From Candidatus Latescibacterota bacterium (GTDB lineage Bacteria > Latescibacterota > UBA2968 > UBA8231): a stretch of DNA of 64,000 nucleotides. The position numbers were made by a program, and so were the translations under genes. Positions 30,946-39,308 of this stretch are shown piece after piece. Each line of letters begins with the position of its first letter. Positions within the stretch are counted from its first letter, which is position 1. The stretch lies in the NCBI GenBank assembly GCA_965242865.1, contig CBDETK010000013.1, positions 4,672,001 to 4,736,000 of the forward strand. The letters are read 5' to 3'. The notes below the pieces were generated by a model. The model was given only the letters and a program-made list of their open reading frames with translations. It searched no databases and was not told the origin of the DNA.

Positions 30946-32480
30946 TGTCCGCCGAATACGCCACCCCGGGCACGGTGTACATCGTCGGGGCCGGCCCGGG
31001 CGACCCCGGCCTGCTGACCCTCAAGGGGCTGCGCTACCTGCGCGAGGCCGACGTCGTCCTCTACGACGACCTCCTCGACAGCCGCTTGCTCGACCTCGTG
31101 CCCAGCACGTGCGAGCAAATCGCGGTCGGCAAGCGAGGGGGCCGCAAAAACCCCTCCCAAGACGCGATCCACGCGCTCCTCGTCGGCCGCGCTCGCCAAG
31201 GCCATATCGTCGTCCGCCTCAAAGGCGGCGATCCCCTCATCTTCGGGCGCGGCGGTGAAGAGGCCCTGCACCTGCGCCGCGCCGGCATCCCCTTTGAAAT
31301 CGTCTCTGGCGTCTCGGCCGCGTCCGGCGTCTTGGCCTACGCCGGCATTCCCCTGACCCATCGCGGCATGGCCTCGGCCGCGCTGCTGGTCACCGGCAAC
31401 GAAGACCCGGCCAAGCCGGCCGAGGCCATCGACTGGAATCAGCTCGCGGCCTTTAAGGGCACCCTGGTCCTCTTCATGGCCGTGCGCCAGCTCGCCCGGA
31501 TATGCCAGCAGCTCGTCGCTCGGGGCCGACCGGCCTCAACGCCGGCGGCCGCCATCGAATGGGGCACTTGGCCCGACCAGCGCACGGTCGTCGCCGATCT
31601 CCAACATCTACCCGCCCGCGCCGCGGCGCGGCAAATCCGCTCGCCGGCCCTCATTGCGGTCGGTGCGGTCGTCGGGCTGCGCCGAGAACTCAACTGGTTT
31701 GAGAGCAAGCCGCTCTTTGGCCGCCGCCTGCTGGTCACCCGCAGCCGCGAACAGGCCGGTCCCCTTCAGCAACGCCTCGAAGCCCAAGGAGCGGCCGTAG
31801 CAACGCTCCCCCTCTTGCACATCGGCCCGCCCGACGACTGGACGGCCGTGGATGCGGCCCAAGATCGGCTCGCGGACACGGCGTGGGTCGTTTTCACCAG
31901 CCCCAACAGCGCGGCCTTTTTCTGCGACCGGCTCTATCAGCGCGGCCTCGACGCCCGGGCCTTTGCCCACACCCGCATCGCGGCCGTTGGCTTGGCTACG
32001 GCCGCGGCCCTGCGCCAACAGGGCTTAGTCCCGGACCTCGTGCCTCCGCGCCAATCGCAGGCCGCGCTTGCCCAAGCCTTTGCCGCCTTCGAGGTGGCCG
32101 ACCAAGCGATCCTCTTGCCGGCCTCGTCCATTGGACGCACTGAGCTCGCGGACGCACTCGCCGCCCGCGGCGCCCGCGTTCACCACCTAACGACGTACGT
32201 AAATCGCCTGCCCGACCGAGTCGAACTTCCGGCCGCACTTGCCGAGAACAAACTCGACCTCATCGTCTTTGCCAGCCCCTCTAGCGTTCACAATTTTCAT
32301 CGGGTCCTCGGCCCCAAACGCACGGCGGCCGTCTTGACCCGCACCCACCTCGCCTGCATTGGGCCGACCACGGCCGCGGCCGTGCGCCAGCTCGGGTTTG
32401 CCGTTCACGTTCAGCCCACCGAAAGCAGCATCCCCGCGCTCGTCCAAGCCATCGTCGCCTTTTACACTGGTCGTTGGTGA
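30945..32480 (+). CDS. cobA: Uroporphyrinogen-III C-methyltransferase / synthase fusion (CobA-HemD)
   Basis: VGAGPGDPGLLT, RLKGGDP.IFGRGGEE; then PLFG...LVTR, FTSPN, FASPSSV, CIGPTT. Confidence 0.93.
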   Translation: MSAEYATPGTVYIVGAGPGDPGLLTLKGLRYLREADVVLYDDLLDSRLLDLVPSTCEQIAVGKRGGRKNPSQDAIHALLVGRARQGHIVVRLKGGDPLIFGRGGEEALHLRRAGIPFEIVSGVSAASGVLAYAGIPLTHRGMASAALLVTGNEDPAKPAEAIDWNQLAAFKGTLVLFMAVRQLARICQQLVARGRPASTPAAAIEWGTWPDQRTVVADLQHLPARAAARQIRSPALIAVGAVVGLRRELNWFESKPLFGRRLLVTRSREQAGPLQQRLEAQGAAVATLPLLHIGPPDDWTAVDAAQDRLADTAWVVFTSPNSAAFFCDRLYQRGLDARAFAHTRIAAVGLATAAALRQQGLVPDLVPPRQSQAALAQAFAAFEVADQAILLPASSIGRTELADALAARGARVHHLTTYVNRLPDRVELPAALAENKLDLIVFASPSSVHNFHRVLGPKRTAAVLTRTHLACIGPTTAAAVRQLGFAVHVQPTESSIPALVQAIVAFYTGRW

Positions 32481-32642
32481 ATCGGAGGCCGAGGGGCATG
32501 TGGGCTTTGCATCAGGGAGACCCAGAACCAATGGTTAATAAGCAAGGACGCACAGGAAAATGGTAAGGCGGCAATCGCCGCCAGCGGCCAAGCGCGGCTA
32601 CGTGCTCGCAACGAGCGGCGGCATGGCAAAGCACAATAGCCA

Positions 32643-32671
32643 TTGCCGCACTTGAGACCGCGTCCTATCTT
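32643..32671 (+). promoter_or_regulatory. Sigma70-like promoter of ankyrin gene 1
   Basis: TTGCCG-N17-TATCTT; a homologous copy lies at 35619-35646. Confidence 0.55.
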
Positions 32672-32708
32672 GGAGTATCCATCTAAAACCCACCACAAGA
32701 AGGACTTT

Positions 32709-34532
32709 ATGAACTCGTTTTTCAGCATGACCCGAATCGCCGGAATCGCCGCGGCGTGTCTGGCGGTCGTACTGGCCGGTTGTGGCAAAGAACACAACCC
32801 CACGGCGGCCCAACCCGTGGTCACGGCCAACCCGGCCCAACCCGTGGCCAAGCAAGCCAGCATGACGCCCGAACAAGCCCGGGCGGAGATTGACCGGCGC
32901 GAAATTCCTTATGCGGACTGGGCGTTTCTGTTGTACGCGCAAATGGGCAATCTGGAGGTTGTCAAGCTATTCCTTGCCGCGGGGATGGCGATTGAAACGA
33001 AAAACCCGACCGATCACTTTACCGCGTTGCACACGGCGGCGACCTATGGGCATTTGGCGGTAGTCAAGTATCTGGTAGGGCAATCGGCCACGGTGGACGC
33101 CAAAGGCAAGAACGGAGAAACGCCTCTTCAGTGGGCGGCGTTCAATGGGCATTTGGAGATCGTCAAGTATTTAGAGGAGCAAGGGGCCGACCTGTTAGCA
33201 GAAACGACCCGCGGCGATAGGGCGAAAGACTTGGCCGAACAAGGCGGGTTTACGGCGGTCGTAACGTTTCTCCAAGGTCAAGAAAAATGGAGGTTTGTAG
33301 GGGCGGCACAGGTTGGCAACCTTGAACGTGTCAAGGCATTTGTAGCGGCGGGCATGTCGGTTGACGCGTGGGAAGGCCACTTCGGCCTTACCGCCCTTCA
33401 CAGGGCGGCGCAGGGTGGTCATTTGGAGATCGTCAAGTATTTAGTGGGGCAAGGGGCCAGCCTAACGGCGACGGACAACTACGGCCATACCGCCCTTCAC
33501 AAGGCGGCGGGGGGTGGTCATTTGGAGATCGTCAAGTATTTAGTGGGGCAAGGAGCCAGCCTAACGGCGACGAACAACTACGGCCATACCGCCCTTCACT
33601 ATGCGGCGGGGGGTGGTCATTTGGAGATCGTCAAGTATTTAGTGGGGCAAGGGGCCAGCCTAACGGCGACGAACATCGGCGGCAATACCGCCCTTCACTT
33701 TGCGGCGCGGCATGGTGGTCATTTGGCGGTGGTGAAGTATTTAGTGGGGCAAGGAGCCAGCCTAACGGCGACGAACAACGACGGCCGGACGGCTAAAGAC
33801 CTAGCCAGCTCCTGGACCGGGGGCAGGGGTGCCGTCGTAGAATATCTCTCTGGTCAAGAAGAAAAGCAATTTCGTGCGGCGGCAGGGGCTGGCAACCTTG
33901 AGCGTGTCAAGGAATATGTAGCGGCGGGCGTGGCGATTGACGCTAAGAGCACCACCTACGGCTGGACCGCCCTTCACGCGGCGACGTGGGCGAATTATGG
34001 TGGTTTGGCGGTGGTCCAGTATCTGAAAGAGCAAGGGGCCAGCCTAACGGCGACGAACAACGCCGGCGGTAACGCCCTTCACACGGCGACGCAACGTGGT
34101 CATTTGAAGATCGTCAAGTATTTAGTGGAGCAAGGGGCCAGCCTAACGGCGACGGACAACTACGGCCAGACCGTCCTTCACACGGCGGCGCTGGATGTGG
34201 CGTTGGTCCAGTATCTGAAAGAGCAAGGGGCCAGCCTAACGGCGACGAACAACGACGGCCAGACCGTCCTTCACAAGGCGGCGGCTAATGGTGTTTTGGC
34301 GGTGGTCCAGTATCTGAAAGAGCAAGGGGCCAGCCTAACGGCGACGAACAACCGCGGCTGGACCGCCCTTCACTCGGCGGCGACCTATGGTAGTTTGGCG
34401 GTGGTCCAGTATTTAGTGGGGCAAGGGGCCAGCGTTACGACGGCGGACAACCGCGGCGAGACCGCTAAAGACTTGGCCAGCATCGGAGGCCATACCGACA
34501 TCGTGGAGTATTTGGAGTCGGTCGGCGGGTAG
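32709..34532 (+). CDS. Ankyrin-repeat lipoprotein 1 (three capped ankyrin modules)
   Basis: LAGC lipobox; repeats G.TALH.AA..GHL.(I/V)V.YLVGQGASLTAT; ends VEYLESVGG*. Confidence 0.93.
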   Translation: MNSFFSMTRIAGIAAACLAVVLAGCGKEHNPTAAQPVVTANPAQPVAKQASMTPEQARAEIDRREIPYADWAFLLYAQMGNLEVVKLFLAAGMAIETKNPTDHFTALHTAATYGHLAVVKYLVGQSATVDAKGKNGETPLQWAAFNGHLEIVKYLEEQGADLLAETTRGDRAKDLAEQGGFTAVVTFLQGQEKWRFVGAAQVGNLERVKAFVAAGMSVDAWEGHFGLTALHRAAQGGHLEIVKYLVGQGASLTATDNYGHTALHKAAGGGHLEIVKYLVGQGASLTATNNYGHTALHYAAGGGHLEIVKYLVGQGASLTATNIGGNTALHFAARHGGHLAVVKYLVGQGASLTATNNDGRTAKDLASSWTGGRGAVVEYLSGQEEKQFRAAAGAGNLERVKEYVAAGVAIDAKSTTYGWTALHAATWANYGGLAVVQYLKEQGASLTATNNAGGNALHTATQRGHLKIVKYLVEQGASLTATDNYGQTVLHTAALDVALVQYLKEQGASLTATNNDGQTVLHKAAANGVLAVVQYLKEQGASLTATNNRGWTALHSAATYGSLAVVQYLVGQGASVTTADNRGETAKDLASIGGHTDIVEYLESVGG

Positions 34533-34559
34533 CGCGTCCCTTTCGTCAAGCAGTAGGTT

Positions 34560-34599
34560 GGGCGGCAGTCGGTTCGGTTCGGGTGTCGCCCTTTTTTTT
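34560..34599 (+). terminator. Intrinsic terminator between ankyrin genes 1 and 2
   Basis: gggcggca...tgtcgccc GC stem followed by T8. Confidence 0.75.
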
Positions 34600-34631
34600 G
34601 GGTGCTGGGGTCGTCAAATAGGAGATTTAGG

Positions 34632-35252
34632 ATGCGCTTTTTGGTGCTCTTGGTTGGTTGGGCCGCGGCGGTGGGCTGCGGCGAGCTCGCCCTTCACGTG
34701 GCGGCGCGGAGTGGTTCTTTGGCGGTGGTCCAGTATTTAGTGGGGCAAGGGGCCAGCCTAACGGCAACGGACAACCTAGGCCGTACCGCCCTTCACGGGG
34801 CGGCGCGTTTTGGTCATTTGGCGGTGGTGGAGTGTTTAGTGGGGCAAGGGGCCAGCCTAACGGCGACGGACAACGACGGCGATACCGCCCTTCACTTGGC
34901 GGCGCTTTATGGTAGTTTGGAGATGGTCCAGTATTTAGTGGGGCAAGGAGCCAGCGTTACGGCGACGGACAACCTAGGCCGTACCGCCCTTCACTTGGCG
35001 GCGCTTTATGGTGGTTTGGAGATGGTCCAGTATTTAGTGGGGCAAGGAGCCAGCGTTACGGCGACGGACAACCTAGGCCGTACCGCCCTTCACTTGGCGG
35101 CGCTTTATGGTGATTTGGCGGTGGTGGAGTATTTAGTGGGGCAAGGAGCCAGCGTTACGGCGACGAACTCCTACGGCCGGACCGCTAAAGACTTGGCCAG
35201 CAGGAAGGGCCATACCGCCATCGTGGAGTATTTGGAGTCGGTTGGCGGGTAG
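34632..35252 (+). CDS. Ankyrin-repeat lipoprotein 2 (no N-cap)
   Basis: AGGAG RBS; MRFLVLLVGWAAAVGC; ~5 repeats; VEYLESVGG*. Confidence 0.9.
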   Translation: MRFLVLLVGWAAAVGCGELALHVAARSGSLAVVQYLVGQGASLTATDNLGRTALHGAARFGHLAVVECLVGQGASLTATDNDGDTALHLAALYGSLEMVQYLVGQGASVTATDNLGRTALHLAALYGGLEMVQYLVGQGASVTATDNLGRTALHLAALYGDLAVVEYLVGQGASVTATNSYGRTAKDLASRKGHTAIVEYLESVGG

Positions 35253-35598
35253 CGTCCCAGCGAACAAAGCAAGTTGGGCGGCAGCTGGGGGCGTAAAAAT
35301 CGCTTACGGGTCAAAAAACAGATAGCAAATTGCCGCGGCGTTGCCGCCGGTGACCGTGGCCACGGTGTCGATTGCCGAAGTGGGCGCGGTATCGGCTGCC
35401 GAAGTGGGGCGCGTGGACGTGGGCGCGGTGACCGTGATCACGGTGTCGCTTGCCGACGTGGGGCGCGTGGGCGTTACCGATTGGGGCCGTTTTTGTGCAA
35501 AAAGTCGTCACTTGACCGAGCGGTTCAGGCCCATAAAGGGCCATTCGGTACAGGGTTCCCTTGACCTATGGGCCGTGCAACGGCGAGTCTTGGGCGGC

Positions 35599-35710
35599 AT
35601 GGCAAGGCACAATAGCGATTGACGCACTGAGAGTGCGCCCTAGCTTGGAGTATCCGCCTAAAACCCATCACAAGAAGGATTTTATGAACTCGTTTTTCAG
35701 CATGACCCGA
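35599..35710 (+). repeat. Duplicated promoter plus first 9 codons of ankyrin gene 1, placed before gene 3
   Basis: Aligns with ~32623-32735 (atggcaa.gcacaatagc...atgaactcgtttttcagcatgacccga); promoter TTGACG-N16-TAGCTT. Confidence 0.85.
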
Positions 35711-35744
35711 GGGTCCCTTGACCTATTCACTTAGGAGCTTTGGT

Positions 35745-37112
35745 ATGCGCTTTTTGATTTTTGTGTTGGTTGGCTTGGTGTTGGGGTGTGGGGACGGTCC
35801 GCTCTCTCCTATAGAAGAAATAGAGACAAAGGAGGCTCTGCGGAATGCTGCGAGGAATGGTGATTTGGCGAAGGTCAAGCGGCTTATTAAGAGGTTTCCT
35901 AAGACAGATCGGGAAGCGGTGAGAGAGGAGGCGTTGCGTCCGGCGGCTGAAGGGGGTCATTTGGATGTGGTTCGTTTTTTGGTGGAGCAGGGTGCGAACG
36001 TCAACGCTCATTCGGAAAAAGGCTGGACGGCGTTGCATCGGGCGGCGGGGGAAGGTCATTTGGATGTGGTTCGTTTTTTGGTGGAGCAGGGTGCGAACGT
36101 CAACGCTCATTTGAATGGCGGCTGGACGGCGTTGCATCGGGCGGCTGAAGGGGGTCATTTGGATGTGGTTCGTTTTTTGGTGGAGCAGGGTGCGAACGTC
36201 AACGCTGATTCGAGAAACGGCTGGACGGCGTTGCATCGGGCGGCTGAAGGGGGTCATTTGGATGTGGTTCGTTTTTTGGTGGAGCAGGGTGCGAAAGTGT
36301 TTATGAGGGGCACGACGTCATACAACGCGGGCGGCGAGGATATCTTAGCGGGGGTTTTCCTCGACGTTCTAACTGGCTTTGCGTTTAATTTTACTGGTCG
36401 TGCGGCAAATTCGAGAGAGAAGAGGTTTGACTCCTGGACGGCCAGAGACTTGGCACAGCGTAAAGGTCATAGGGAGGTGGTGGCTTACTTCGATTTGATT
36501 GACGATTGGGCAACGCAGTGGGCAACGCAGTCGACGGTGTTTCTTGATGCGGCGAGGGCGGGCAACTTGGAAGTCGTCAAGCAAATCGTGGAGGCGGGCA
36601 TGGGCATGGGCATGCCCATTGACGCGACGGACGCCTTTGACAATACCGCCCTTCACTTGGCGGCGGAGGGTGGTCATTTGGCGGTGGTGGAGTATTTAGT
36701 GGGGCAAGGGGCCAGCCTAACGGCAACGAACAACCTAGGCTATACCGCCTTTCACAGGGCGGCGGCGGGTGGTGATTTGGCGGTGGTGGAGTATTTAGTG
36801 GGGCAAGGGGCCAGCCTAACGGCGACGACCTACAGCGGCCGTACCGCCCTTCACTTGGCGGCGGAGGGTGGTCATTTGGCGGTGGTGGAGTATTTAGTGG
36901 GGCAAGGGGCCAGCCTAACGGCGACGAACTACTGGGGCGAGACCGCCCTTCACTTGGCGGCGGAGGGTGGTCATTTGGCGGTGGTGGAGTATTTAGTGGG
37001 GCAAGGAGCCAGCGTTACGGCGACGGACGACAGCGGCCGTACCGCTAAAGACTGGGCCAGTGACCGCGGCCATACCGACGTCGTGGAGTATTTGGAGTCG
37101 GTCGGCGGGTAG
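35745..37112 (+). CDS. Ankyrin-repeat lipoprotein 3 (chimera of two repeat lineages)
   Basis: VLGC lipobox; N-half GHLDVVRFLVEQGANVNA repeats; C-half GHLAVVEYLVGQGASLT repeats; VEYLESVGG*. Confidence 0.92.
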   Translation: MRFLIFVLVGLVLGCGDGPLSPIEEIETKEALRNAARNGDLAKVKRLIKRFPKTDREAVREEALRPAAEGGHLDVVRFLVEQGANVNAHSEKGWTALHRAAGEGHLDVVRFLVEQGANVNAHLNGGWTALHRAAEGGHLDVVRFLVEQGANVNADSRNGWTALHRAAEGGHLDVVRFLVEQGAKVFMRGTTSYNAGGEDILAGVFLDVLTGFAFNFTGRAANSREKRFDSWTARDLAQRKGHREVVAYFDLIDDWATQWATQSTVFLDAARAGNLEVVKQIVEAGMGMGMPIDATDAFDNTALHLAAEGGHLAVVEYLVGQGASLTATNNLGYTAFHRAAAGGDLAVVEYLVGQGASLTATTYSGRTALHLAAEGGHLAVVEYLVGQGASLTATNYWGETALHLAAEGGHLAVVEYLVGQGASVTATDDSGRTAKDWASDRGHTDVVEYLESVGG

Positions 37113-37130
37113 CTTGCCGGCGAATAAGTT

Positions 37131-37170
37131 GGGCGGCACTCGGTTCGGTTCGGGTGTCGCCCTTTTTTTT
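37131..37170 (+). terminator. Intrinsic terminator between ankyrin genes 3 and 4
   Basis: gggcggcactcgg/tcgggtgtcgccc stem plus T8; copy of 34560-34599. Confidence 0.8.
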
Positions 37171-37202
37171 GGGTGCTGGGGTCGTCAAATAGGAGATTTA
37201 GG

Positions 37203-37724
37203 ATGCGCTTTTTGGTGCTCTTGGTTGGTTGGGCCGCGGCGGTGGGCTGCGGCGAGCTCGCCCTTCACGTGGCGGCGCGGGGTGGTTCTTTGGCGGTGGT
37301 CCAGTATTTAGTGGGGCAAGGGGCCAGCCTAACGGCAACGGACAACCTAGGCCGTACCGCCCTTCACAAGGCGGCGGAGCGTGGTCATTTGGCGGTGGTG
37401 GAGTGTTTAGTGGGGCAAGGGGCCAGCCTAACGGCGACGGACAACTACGGCGATACCGTCCTTCACTATGCGGCGTTTTATGGTCATTTGGCGGTGGTGG
37501 AGTATTTAGTGGGGCAAGGGGCCAGCCTAACGACGACGAACAACGACGGCAATACCGTCCTTCACTATGCGGCAAGGCGTGGTCATTTGGCGGTGGTGGA
37601 GTATTTAGTGGGGCAAGGGGTCAGCGTTACGGCGACGAACAACGACGGCCGTACCGCTAAAGGCGAAGCCAGCCGCAACGGCCGTACCGACGTCGTGGCG
37701 TATTTGGAGTCGGTTGGCGGGTAG
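37203..37724 (+). CDS. Ankyrin-repeat lipoprotein 4 (no N-cap)
   Basis: 5' end nearly identical to gene 2; ~4 repeats; VAYLESVGG*. Confidence 0.9.
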   Translation: MRFLVLLVGWAAAVGCGELALHVAARGGSLAVVQYLVGQGASLTATDNLGRTALHKAAERGHLAVVECLVGQGASLTATDNYGDTVLHYAAFYGHLAVVEYLVGQGASLTTTNNDGNTVLHYAARRGHLAVVEYLVGQGVSVTATNNDGRTAKGEASRNGRTDVVAYLESVGG

Positions 37725-38047
37725 CGTCCCAGCGAACAAAGCAAGTTGGGCGGCAGCTGGGGGCGTAAAAATCGCTTACGGGTCAAAAAACAGATAGCAA
37801 ATTGCCGCGGCGTTGCCGCCGGTGACCGCGGTCACGGTGTCGATTGCCGCGGTGGACGTGGCCGCGGTGGACGTCTTGGGGCGCGTGGACATGGCCGAAG
37901 TGGGCCGTTTTTGTGCAAAAAGGCTGCACTTGGCCAATCGGTTTTGGCCCATAACGGGCCGTTTGGTACAGGGTTCCCTTGACCTATGGGCCGTGCAACG
38001 GCGAGTCTTGGGCGGCTTTACTCACTCTTTCACTTAGGAGATTTAGG

Positions 38048-39028
38048 ATGCGCTTTTTGGTGCTCTTGGTTGGTTTGGCCGCGGCGGTGGGCTGCGGCGA
38101 GCGGTCTATGCCGGCGGTCGGAGATAGCACGGCGGCGGCGGCGGATACGCTGGCGCAAGCGGCGGCGGCGGCGTTTCTGGCGGCGGCAGAGGCTGGCAAC
38201 CTTGAAAATGTCAAGGAATATGTAGCGGCGGGCGTGGCGATTGACGCTTCGGACACCGACGGCTTTACCGCCCTTCACTTTGCGGCGGCTGATGGTCATT
38301 TGGCGGTGGTCCAGTATCTGAAAGAGCAAGGGGCCAGCCTAACGGCGACGAACATCGACGGCGATACCGCCCTTCACTTTGCGGCGTGGCATGGTCATTT
38401 GGCGGTGGTGGAGTATTTAGTGGGGCAAGGGGCCAGCCTAACGGCAAAGGACAACAGCGGCGAGACCGCCCTTCACTCTGCGGCGTTTTTTGGTCATTTG
38501 GCGGTGGTGGAGTATTTAGTGGGGCAAGGGGCCAGCGTTACGACGGCGGACACCGACGGCTTTACCGTCCTTCACTGGGCGGCGTTTCGTGGTCATTTGG
38601 CGGTGGTCCAGTATCTGAAAGAGCAAGGGGCCAGCGTTACGACGAACATCGACGGCGAGACCGTCCTTCACTCTGCGGCGTTTTTTGGTCATTTGGCGGT
38701 GGTGGAGTATTTAGTGGGGCAAGGGGCCAGCCTAACGGCGACGACCACCAGCGGCGAGACCGCCCTTCACTTTGCGGCGTTTAATGGTCATTTGGCGGTG
38801 GTGGAGTATTTAGTGGGGCAAGGGGCCAGCCTAACGGCGACGACCACCAGAGGCTTTACCGTCCTTCACGGGGCGGCGTTTCGTGGTCATTTGGCGGTGG
38901 TGGAGTATTTAGTGGGGCAAGGGGCCAGCGTTACGACGGCGGACAACGACGGCGATACCGCTAAAGACTTGGCCAGCATCGGAGGCCATACCGACGTCGT
39001 GGAGTATTTGGAGTCGGTTGGCGGGTAG
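38048..39028 (+). CDS. Ankyrin-repeat lipoprotein 5
   Basis: MRFLVLLVGLAAAVGC, Ala-rich linker, N-cap, ~7 repeats, C-cap; VEYLESVGG*. Confidence 0.92.
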   Translation: MRFLVLLVGLAAAVGCGERSMPAVGDSTAAAADTLAQAAAAAFLAAAEAGNLENVKEYVAAGVAIDASDTDGFTALHFAAADGHLAVVQYLKEQGASLTATNIDGDTALHFAAWHGHLAVVEYLVGQGASLTAKDNSGETALHSAAFFGHLAVVEYLVGQGASVTTADTDGFTVLHWAAFRGHLAVVQYLKEQGASVTTNIDGETVLHSAAFFGHLAVVEYLVGQGASLTATTTSGETALHFAAFNGHLAVVEYLVGQGASLTATTTRGFTVLHGAAFRGHLAVVEYLVGQGASVTTADNDGDTAKDLASIGGHTDVVEYLESVGG

Positions 39029-39232
39029 CGTCCCAGCGAACAAAGCAAGTTGGGCGGCAGCTGGGGGCGTAAAAATCGCTTACGGGTCAAGGCGCATAAG
39101 TGATTTTGGTCTCTGGCGTGGCTTTAGCGGGTGCTCGATTGTGCGAATTGTGCGAATTGTGGCTTTTTTTGCGGTCTTGGGCGGCCCAATGCGTTTTGAG
39201 TTCGGCCAGCACGTCAAAATCTTCGGGGGGCG

Positions 39233-39308
39233 GCAATTTGCTATCTGTTGGTTCTGCTTTCTTCTCAGAACGTTCTTTGGTGGGCGGTATTAACAGATAG
39301 CAAATTGC
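39233..39308. repeat. Perfect 17-bp inverted repeat with 42-bp spacer; one arm also at 35317-35333 and 37789-37805
   Basis: GCAATTTGCTATCTGTT (39233-39249) / AACAGATAGCAAATTGC (39292-39308). Confidence 0.85.

Noticed and set aside
14554-32480. IspDF and CobA-HemD fusions as novelties
   Set aside because: Both fusions are well known and widespread.
33400-39000. CRISPR-like periodic constant/variable pattern
   Set aside because: The period is 99 bp, in frame and coding for ankyrin repeats; there are no unique spacers or cas genes.
32709-39028. Complete DGR within this window
   Set aside because: No reverse transcriptase, Avd or non-coding template repeat seen, and synonymous framework adenines are invariant; kept only as a testable hypothesis.
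34557-39059. GTTGGGC (GTTRRRY) 15-25 bp after every ankyrin stop codon, suggesting integron attC sites
   Set aside because: No upstream RYYYAAC inverse core and no integrase in view; in two copies the motif is simply the 5' arm of a terminator stem.
39089-39118. dif-like site (ggcgcataa)
   Set aside because: Only a partial XerC-arm resemblance; no XerD arm.
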